Positions 40,449 through 47,405 of a DNA stretch of 64,000 nt are shown in pieces. A program made the position numbers and the translations under genes. The notes beneath the pieces were generated by a model. That model made no database searches, had not been told where the DNA came from, and was given only the letters and a program-made list of their open reading frames with translations. This DNA is from an uncultured Nitrososphaerota archaeon (GTDB lineage Archaea; Asgardarchaeota; Njordarchaeia; Njordarchaeales; Njordarchaeaceae): assembly GCA_964518475.1 (NCBI GenBank), contig CAZFGR010000001.1:128001-192000 (forward strand), written 5' to 3'. The first letter of the stretch is position 1. Each line of letters begins with the position of its first letter.

Positions 40449-41510
40449 ATGAGACTTCTTGCGGAGACGGAGGAATTTTTCCAGGAATATGCTGCTAAAG
40501 AATTATCACTTATCCTTAGTAAAGAAGTACTAAAGCATGAATACCTGAAAAATATGGTTACCGTCAATACTGATACTCTGACACGAGATTTGGTACTGAT
40601 CACTTTCTTCAGCCATTCCATTTACCGATTTTACCTAGAAGTCGCAGAGCTAATAGTTGAGTCACCTAATGATATGTATAGAAAAGCATTAGAAATCAAT
40701 TGGCACGAATTCTGGGATCCTTCCCAGACTTTCGCCATTAGACCATTCACAGAAAAGCGCGCCATCGAAAGAGATATTGGCGTAAAAGTAGGTCAAGCCA
40801 TTGTGGACGCCTTTTTAAAAGAAACGGGTAAGCGACCAAAAGTGAGACTAGAAAATCCCGATATAGAAATAATGGCTTGGTTAAAAGACGAAAAGTTACT
40901 TTTAGGCATTAATATGTGTGGAGAACCCCTAAACGACCCAGAAATATTATTTGCGCGAAATTTGCTTTTTATTAGTAATTGGGACGAAAAAAGCGATTTA
41001 GCAGAAGTTTTTTGTGATGGAGTAGCGATTTCAGCTCTAAGATTAGCGGTTCGGGACCCGCATAGAGAAAAAATCTTGAAAAGGACTTTCATCAAAACAA
41101 AGATAGTTAATAAAGAGGAAATACTCGAATTAATGAGAACCAATTGGCGAAGAAATTTAGGTGAATTAACAATTAATTGTTATGAAAGAGCAAATAGGAT
41201 CGAAATCGTAAAACAAGAGAATCCGGAAATAAGAAAAGTAGGAATAAGAAGACTTGAAGATTTAAGAATTTCTACAGAGAAATACATCCTCTCGAATACT
41301 TTCTTCGTGATTGAAAAGAAGAGTGAAGAGAAAGAATGGCTTGACAAAATATTTAATCTATTGAAAAATAACGATAGTTGGGAGACGATGTGTGTTTGTG
41401 CTCTCTCAGAGGCTTTCCCACAGGATTATATTGGAGAAAAACTTTATGAACTGAACATTAAATTTAAAGGCAAGAGCGGGAAGATAGTGTGTCTAAGTAA
41501 CAATAGGTGA
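40449..41510 (+). CDS. THUMP-domain protein (Trm14-like, methyltransferase motif degenerate)
   Basis: TFAIRP, VGQAI, KVRLENPDIEI THUMP region; the expected DPxCGSGT motif appears only as EVFCDG. Confidence 0.7.
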   Translation: MRLLAETEEFFQEYAAKELSLILSKEVLKHEYLKNMVTVNTDTLTRDLVLITFFSHSIYRFYLEVAELIVESPNDMYRKALEINWHEFWDPSQTFAIRPFTEKRAIERDIGVKVGQAIVDAFLKETGKRPKVRLENPDIEIMAWLKDEKLLLGINMCGEPLNDPEILFARNLLFISNWDEKSDLAEVFCDGVAISALRLAVRDPHREKILKRTFIKTKIVNKEEILELMRTNWRRNLGELTINCYERANRIEIVKQENPEIRKVGIRRLEDLRISTEKYILSNTFFVIEKKSEEKEWLDKIFNLLKNNDSWETMCVCALSEAFPQDYIGEKLYELNIKFKGKSGKIVCLSNNR

Positions 41511-42001
41511 TCATCATGAGTGAAGAAGCGGGAAATGTGGTTAGTACAGAATCTGAGACAAAACAGGAGATTGAGATACCAAGACCTGAAGTTAGTCGAC
41601 AGAGAAAAATTGTACTCGCAGCTGGTAAGCGAAAAACAGCGATTGCCAGAGCAGTAATAATGCCAGGTACAGGCATCGTAAGAATTAATGGTAGAAGACT
41701 AGAGGCCATAGAAAACCCATGGGTAAGAGCTATCATTGAGGAGCCACTTCTTCTTATAGGTCCCCTTAGAAACAAGATTAATATCAAAGTTAGAGTTCAT
41801 GGAGGTGGAGTTTCTGGTCAAGCACAAGCTGCGAGAATAGCCATAGCAAGAGCCATAGTACGATACTTTAATGACCCCCGGATAGAGGAATTATTTAAAC
41901 AATACGATAGATACATGCTGGTAGGTGATCCAAGACGAAAAGAGATGAAGAAATTCGGTGGACCTGGAGCTCGCGCGAGATTCCAGACAAGCTATAGGTG
42001 A
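41507..42001 (+). CDS. rps9: Ribosomal protein uS9
   Basis: GKRKTAIARA, GGGVSGQA, DPRRKEMKKFGGPGARARFQTSYR. Confidence 0.97.
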   Translation: MIIMSEEAGNVVSTESETKQEIEIPRPEVSRQRKIVLAAGKRKTAIARAVIMPGTGIVRINGRRLEAIENPWVRAIIEEPLLLIGPLRNKINIKVRVHGGGVSGQAQAARIAIARAIVRYFNDPRIEELFKQYDRYMLVGDPRRKEMKKFGGPGARARFQTSYR

Positions 42002-42082
42002 AAGCAATTACATATTTTCTCTTTTGAAATAAAAAGCTCTCTAAATCTCTCTCCATAACATATTTTTGGAGTCATTAAATAA

Positions 42083-42400
42083 TTAATTCCTGATACTACT
42101 AACTACTTTTTTCACAACAACTACCAAGATAGCGCTTTTTCCAGGAATGATATAGAGACTAAAATCACCTATCCTAACAGAACAAGTCAAGATCTTTCCT
42201 TCATTTAAAGTATCAGATAATTTTACCACTTCTTTAACTATGTCAAGTGTAAGAATCGCCATAGCGTCTCTTGCTTCATCATTTCTTATATCTGAAGAAA
42301 TGGGGAAACCATCCCAATCCAATAGAATTACACCTAAAGCCCCTTTCACCCTATTTCGAATCTCTTTACTTATCTCATCGAACTGGATCATCATCATCAA
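42083..42400 (-). CDS. Roadblock/LC7 (MglB-like) protein
   Basis: VKGALGVILLDWDGFPISS, about 100 aa. Confidence 0.85.
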   Translation of the reverse strand: MMMMIQFDEISKEIRNRVKGALGVILLDWDGFPISSDIRNDEARDAMAILTLDIVKEVVKLSDTLNEGKILTCSVRIGDFSLYIIPGKSAILVVVVKKVVSSIRN

Positions 42401-43252
42401 CTAATCAGCATCTAATTCGCATTCATATGAAATTCCCAGAATCGAAAGTATTCGTAAAGGCCAGAGACGATTACTATTACCCGATTTTATGATAATCCCT
42501 AACATATTTTTTATCCGCGCTAATCTGATAAGGATTATGATTTTTTCTGTGAGATCCTTGAGTTCGGCTTCGATAATCTCCTTCATACTCCTTTTTTCCC
42601 CCGCCATTGATAAATTCAAAAGATATAATTGGCTTCCATCCTCGCTTTTTGTTACATAATAAGGTTTTTTCTGGAAATTGTTTGCGTAGCTTAGAAATCT
42701 CCTCAGTATATTTTCAAAACCTCCTGGCAGGAAAGAATTTGGAAATGCTATAAGATATATATGTGGATGTTGCCACTGCTTAGGAACATTCTTTGATAAT
42801 TGAAATCCACCTAATATGAGGCCATAGTTCTCCTTTATGAGTTTATTAGATTCATGCACAAAACTTTTAATTCCGCTTCTTGTAAGGATATTTAGCACTT
42901 TACGATCTTCTACATTATGCTTATCAGTTAGAATAATTATTTTCTCCGCACCAATTACTGGTACTTCGCAGACTACTTCTGGATTTTCTCTAAGGAAAAA
43001 TTCCAGAAAGTCCCAAGGAACAAAATCCTTTACTATAGTTTCTGGAAAAAGAAAATGAGTAGACATTATTATTATGTCCTTTCTCTTGGATTTTCTCCGC
43101 TTCTTAGCCTTAATACATAATCTACATTTCCCTACATACTTCCTCAGTAAGTTATCACATGAAAAAACTAGTTTCCATTGCTTTTTCTCCGTATCCCAGC
43201 GTGCGTAAACACCCATTCTATCTCGAGGCCTCCGCAATCCTCTCGATCTCAA
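42401..43252 (-). CDS. Hypothetical protein (true start probably downstream of the track start)
   Basis: ORF between rps7 and the roadblock gene, probably co-transcribed; no recognised motif. Confidence 0.5.
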   Translation of the reverse strand: MRSRGLRRPRDRMGVYARWDTEKKQWKLVFSCDNLLRKYVGKCRLCIKAKKRRKSKRKDIIIMSTHFLFPETIVKDFVPWDFLEFFLRENPEVVCEVPVIGAEKIIILTDKHNVEDRKVLNILTRSGIKSFVHESNKLIKENYGLILGGFQLSKNVPKQWQHPHIYLIAFPNSFLPGGFENILRRFLSYANNFQKKPYYVTKSEDGSQLYLLNLSMAGEKRSMKEIIEAELKDLTEKIIILIRLARIKNMLGIIIKSGNSNRLWPLRILSILGISYECELDAD

Positions 43253-43874
43253 CTTTCTTTCTTATAGCATAGCTATCCATACTATTTCTAGCTGCAAGAA
43301 TTATTTCCTCTGCAAGACACTCCGCTAAGGAGAGAGGACTATTCCAAGCTCGTCTTCTTGCACCAGCTACTATGAATTTTAATGCTAGATCTAATCTTCT
43401 TTGCGGGGCAATGTCAACAGCATATCTCCTAACAATACCTCCTTGTCTTATCTCTACCGTTTCTTCACGAGGCGCTACATTTTCTAGTGCCCTAACGAAT
43501 ACTTGAATTGGATTTTCATTTGTTCTTTTTTCAATTATTTCAAATGCCTGCTTAACTATACCTAGCGCATGGAATTTTTTGCCACCCATCATTCCAATTT
43601 TCTTTGTACCTTTTTCTCTTCCCGGCGCTAATAATCTATTGACAAGTCGCTCCACAATAGGAACATTCGCTTTACCGAACTTTCTTTTCGCATGTCTACC
43701 AAAAGTGTGAGGAAGATACACGGGTTTGAGATTAATATAAGCCCTTAGCCCCGGATCCCGAACTGTGATCCCTTCATAGCTCCACTTACCGAATAGCTTT
43801 AGAGCAGGTTGTAGAGATAATTCTTCCTGCTTCTCACTTTGTGACTCATTATTGCTTTCGTTTTCCTGGCTCAT
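43218..43874 (-). CDS. rps7: Ribosomal protein uS7
   Basis: KLFGKWS, PHTFGRH, IVERLVN, APREE, VDIAPQRR, ERIAEASR; start set at MSQENE. Confidence 0.97.
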   Translation of the reverse strand: MSQENESNNESQSEKQEELSLQPALKLFGKWSYEGITVRDPGLRAYINLKPVYLPHTFGRHAKRKFGKANVPIVERLVNRLLAPGREKGTKKIGMMGGKKFHALGIVKQAFEIIEKRTNENPIQVFVRALENVAPREETVEIRQGGIVRRYAVDIAPQRRLDLALKFIVAGARRRAWNSPLSLAECLAEEIILAARNSMDSYAIRKKVEIERIAEASR

Positions 43875-44035
43875 CAAGACCCCCAGCTGTTTTAAGCTAT
43901 TACGTGATATACTACTAGTCATATGAAGAGTTTATTTAAAAGTTTGAGAATTATAGGAAATCAACACACATATTTAAATTTGCTAAGAATGGATTATGGA
44001 AAGTATATTACTGAGGTTCTGGATAGGGGGATTTC

Positions 44036-44509
44036 ATGGTAACTAAATCTCCACGTGGTGAATTTGCTGCAAGAGTTTTGCGAAGAAAAAGAAAAAAGCA
44101 GAGATGGGCTGATGTAGAATATAGAAGACGAATGTTGAGGCTTCGAGAAAAATACGATCCCCTAGAGGGCGCTCCTCAAGCAAGCGCCATAGTTTTGGAG
44201 AAAGTGGGTATAGAAGCTAGAAAGCCAACAGGAGCTCTTAGAAAAGCTGTAAGAGTAAAAATAAAGAAAAATGGAAAAATTGTAACAGCTTTCGTGCCTT
44301 ACGATGGAGGATTATTATTCATAGATGAGCACGACGAGGTAATCATTGAGAGGATAGGGGGCAGCCAGGGACGATCAATGGGGGACATGCCCGCGATCAA
44401 ATGATCGCGGGCACCCCAAATCCCAGGAGTTAAGTTCAGAGTCGTCAAAGTAGCTGGCATAGCCCTTAAGGAGTTAGTGACTGGTAGAAAGCGGAAAGAG
44501 AGAAGATAG
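44036..44509 (+). CDS. rps12: Ribosomal protein uS12, two exons (44036-44386 and 44420-44509), 146 aa after splicing
   Basis: Exon 1 ends ...IDEHDEV...GRSMGD; exon 2 reads [29 protein letters not shown]; the insert carries an in-frame TGA. Confidence 0.95.
44387..44419 (+). other. 33-nt BHB-type archaeal intron in rps12
   Basis: GGGG-AC^A-TGCCCGCGATC-AAAT-GATCGCGGGCA-CCCC-AA^A; canonical cuts after bulge nucleotide 2 give GAC|ATC (D-I). Confidence 0.88.
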
Positions 44510-44583
44510 TCACTTTCTATATCCACTACTCCGTTTTCAGTGTTTTTCATTAAACACTATTTATTTTTTGTAAGGAAAACGCT

Positions 44584-45624
44584 ATGGAGCCTCTTGCAGA
44601 ATACACTCGCAAAAGAATTTTTAAGATAACCCCTGAAACTGATATCCCATTAATGGGCTGTATCGCTTTTGGTTTGATTGACCGTGGCACTAATCTTATT
44701 CAGGTACGTCCAGTTACTACATGCCCTCTTTCGTGTATTTTTTGTGCAACAGATGCTGGTCCTAGATCCAGAAATAGGCAGACAGAATATATCGTCGAGC
44801 TTGATTATCTTGTTGAGGAATTTAGGAAATTGGTTATGTTTAAGGGTCCAAAAAAGATTGAAGCTCACATAGACACCGTTGGTGACCCATTGACATATCC
44901 CAGAATTGTAGAGCTGGTGCAAGAGCTATCTGAGACTCCAGGAGTTGATGTAATATCTCTTCAAACTCATGGTGTTTTGCTTACCGAGAAGTTAGTGGAT
45001 GAGCTTGATGCTGCTGGGTTATCTAGAATAAATCTCTCAATAGATTCTCTCGACCCCGATTTAGCAAAGTACCTTTCAAATACACCAAGTTATAATCTGG
45101 ACAAGGTATTAGGAATTGCTGAGTATATTGCAAACAGTAGTGGAATAGATCTTTTGATAGCTCCTGTTTGGGTTCCAGGAATTAACGATTCAGAGATCCC
45201 AAAAATTATTGAATTCGCTTTGCGTATTGGGGCTGGAAAACGTTGGCCTCCCCTAGGAATACAGAAATATATACCACATAAAAGAGGCCGTAAACCAAAA
45301 AATGTGAAAGCAATGAGTTGGTCACGTTTTTACAAGCAATTACGGATTTGGGAAAAGAAATATGGTGTAAAGCTAATTTTAAAGCCGGAAGATTTTGGTA
45401 TTCACAGGAGAAAGAGCTTGAAAGCTCCTTTTAAGATTGGTGAAGTAGTTAGAGCGACTGTTGTTGCCCCGGGATGGCTTAAGAACGAGGTAATTGGAAG
45501 AGCTAAGGGATTCTGTATAACGATAGTTAATGCAACTATTGAGGAAATACCTATAGGCACTGATGTTTTTGTTAAGATAGAGAAGACTAAACACAATATT
45601 TTGATTGGTAAGTTAGCTAGATAA
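44584..45624 (+). CDS. Radical SAM protein with C-terminal TRAM-like domain (COG2100-like)
   Basis: GLIDRGTNLIQVRP, CPLSCIFC, EAHID, C-terminal VKIEKTKHNILIG. Confidence 0.9.
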   Translation: MEPLAEYTRKRIFKITPETDIPLMGCIAFGLIDRGTNLIQVRPVTTCPLSCIFCATDAGPRSRNRQTEYIVELDYLVEEFRKLVMFKGPKKIEAHIDTVGDPLTYPRIVELVQELSETPGVDVISLQTHGVLLTEKLVDELDAAGLSRINLSIDSLDPDLAKYLSNTPSYNLDKVLGIAEYIANSSGIDLLIAPVWVPGINDSEIPKIIEFALRIGAGKRWPPLGIQKYIPHKRGRKPKNVKAMSWSRFYKQLRIWEKKYGVKLILKPEDFGIHRRKSLKAPFKIGEVVRATVVAPGWLKNEVIGRAKGFCITIVNATIEEIPIGTDVFVKIEKTKHNILIGKLAR

Positions 45625-46063
45625 TCCGAACGTACTCTACGTCAAAATATTTCGATAGGAAATATCTGGCTCTATACAGTTTATAGCTATTCTTTCCAAG
45701 TGCTTTACCTCGGTCCCATGGAGAAACTTTAACTAATAGAGATTTCCGCCCATTCTTCATAGATCTTGAGAATACGTTCTCTACCTTAGCGGGTTTAAAT
45801 AAGTTCTGAATAAACTTCTCTAAATTCTCTGAATAGACAATAATATCCACTTTTTTCTTAAACTCGTCCGAAAGCATTCTTACAATATCTAGCGTTTTCT
45901 CTCTTATTTTTCTAGCGTCAGCGGGAGTTATTAAAAAAGATATTGTCTCATTCGTCTCATAATAGTCAATAGGTGTGATCCCAGTGAGCGTTGTAAAGAA
46001 TGTGTAGATGAAAATTTTCCGGGGATCATCGAGTTTAAGTTCCTTGTTTGGTTCTTTTCCCAA
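45617..46063 (-). CDS. nusA: Archaeal NusA (two KH domains)
   Basis: EKFIQNLFKPAKV, DRGKALGKN; TTG start after GGGGAGGA RBS; follows eL30. Confidence 0.85.
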   Translation of the reverse strand: MGKEPNKELKLDDPRKIFIYTFFTTLTGITPIDYYETNETISFLITPADARKIREKTLDIVRMLSDEFKKKVDIIVYSENLEKFIQNLFKPAKVENVFSRSMKNGRKSLLVKVSPWDRGKALGKNSYKLYRARYFLSKYFDVEYVRII

Positions 46064-46100
46064 TCTCCTCCCCCGATTAATACATAGATGAGAATTATGA

Positions 46101-46472
46101 TTATAGAGTTGGCACCTTGCCCAGTTTGATAATTTCGCTTGTTCCAGGATCAATTACGACTAATGACGAAACTATATGGGGTCGTCTGCATACCTCGCCG
46201 AGTTCTTTAACCGTTCCTGGGAATTTTATATATGGTACATTTGCTAGTGCGCATAGATATTTCAAATATAAGTCTCTCTCCTTAGGTGTGTTAAGAGTCA
46301 CAACCACAGCTTTTGCTTCTCCTCTCTGAAGAGCTCTTACAGTATTTCTGAAACCAAACTTTAATTTCCCAGTATTTAGTACGAGTTGAATTTCCTTGAT
46401 GAGTTTTTCCCTGAATTCTTTTTCTTCTCGCGATAGTTCATAGAACATTGTTTTCATTTGGGTCACCGTCAT
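46101..46472 (-). CDS. rpl30e: Ribosomal protein eL30
   Basis: TGKLKFG, ELGEVCRRPH, IDPGTSEI. Confidence 0.93.
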   Translation of the reverse strand: MTVTQMKTMFYELSREEKEFREKLIKEIQLVLNTGKLKFGFRNTVRALQRGEAKAVVVTLNTPKERDLYLKYLCALANVPYIKFPGTVKELGEVCRRPHIVSSLVVIDPGTSEIIKLGKVPTL

Positions 46473-46571
46473 AATTCTTCCGCTAAAATAATGTTCTCAT
46501 TCATGTTGCCTTATAGAGTATTAAAATTATACTGCTAGCTAAGACCCTCTGGGTACTTAGACGTTTCTCTT

Positions 46572-47309
46572 TCATTTTTTCTCTATGCATTCGCGAAAAT
46601 GTTTAAAATTTATCTTCGAAGGCTCAATAATTCTCTCTCTGCATATGATTTCATGAAGCACACTTAAGGCTTTTAATAATCGTTTCATTCTGTTCTTAGT
46701 TCTTTCAAGTAGGTTATTCGCAATGTCTATAATCCTATATAAGTATTCTTTTTCGACTAATAATCCATTAAATTTCGTAGCTACAGGCAAATACATTTTT
46801 TCAGTACTAGTAAAATCCATTATTACGTGCCCTTTATTATGATTGATTGCTCGGATCCCAGAATCCTTAAAACCTAGAAATCTAGCTAATTTAATAAAGA
46901 AAGATGCCCAATCAATACTGCTTACTGCAACAGCTACGATCATACCTTCCAACTTTAGCCACACGATACCTTTTGGTTCGTAATTTTCCAGAATATTCCA
47001 CACAACATCGGGCTTAACTGGTGAGTGCCAACGAGCAACCTTTACACTATCCTTTTTGCTTCCCGTGTAAGGAATATCTATTAGAAGTATTCTTCCAGAA
47101 CACGAAGATGTAGTATATGCAAATGGTAGAAGATTAATCATGTTTAATAAGGGTATAATATCCTCATCTACTTCTCCACGCTCGATAGCTTGCGAGAGTC
47201 TTCTTATGAAAACTTTCTTTCTTTGAATGAACTCTCGCGATATTCTAAAGGTCTCCATACTTACACCAAAAAAGGGAAGAGATAAAAATTCTTTAAGGTT
47301 TTGGAACAA
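46572..47309 (-). CDS. taw3: tRNA wyosine methyltransferase Taw3/TYW3
   Basis: GEVDEDI, YTTSSCSGRI, GFKDSGI. Confidence 0.92.
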   Translation of the reverse strand: MFQNLKEFLSLPFFGVSMETFRISREFIQRKKVFIRRLSQAIERGEVDEDIIPLLNMINLLPFAYTTSSCSGRILLIDIPYTGSKKDSVKVARWHSPVKPDVVWNILENYEPKGIVWLKLEGMIVAVAVSSIDWASFFIKLARFLGFKDSGIRAINHNKGHVIMDFTSTEKMYLPVATKFNGLLVEKEYLYRIIDIANNLLERTKNRMKRLLKALSVLHEIICRERIIEPSKINFKHFRECIEKK

Positions 47310-47347
47310 TATCTTATTAAAGATTGAGATTTATCGATTAGATTATG

Positions 47348-47404
47348 GCATGAAGAAGGATCAACCGTCTGAATACAATGATGAACGGTCCACTTTCGGA
47401 TTCT
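47348..47404 (+). ncRNA. Box C/D guide sRNA; D' guide antisense to the 16S rRNA 5' end
   Basis: ATGAAGA-AGGATCAACCGT-CTGA-ataca-ATGATGA-ACGGTCCACTTT-CGGA; AGGATCAACCG pairs with the conserved archaeal 16S CGGUUGAUCCU. Confidence 0.85.
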
Positions 47405-47405
47405 T

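Noticed and set aside
44036-44404. rps12 as a truncated pseudogene (122-aa ORF in the track)
   Set aside because: The downstream 29 codons remain intact and conserved, and the interruption is a precise structured insert
44387-44419. Selenocysteine or stop readthrough at the in-frame TGA (44402-44404) of rps12
   Set aside because: It would insert 11 residues into the invariant GD-IPGV motif. The TGA lies inside the hairpin and not upstream of a SECIS-like element, and BHB cuts restore the exact canonical sequence.
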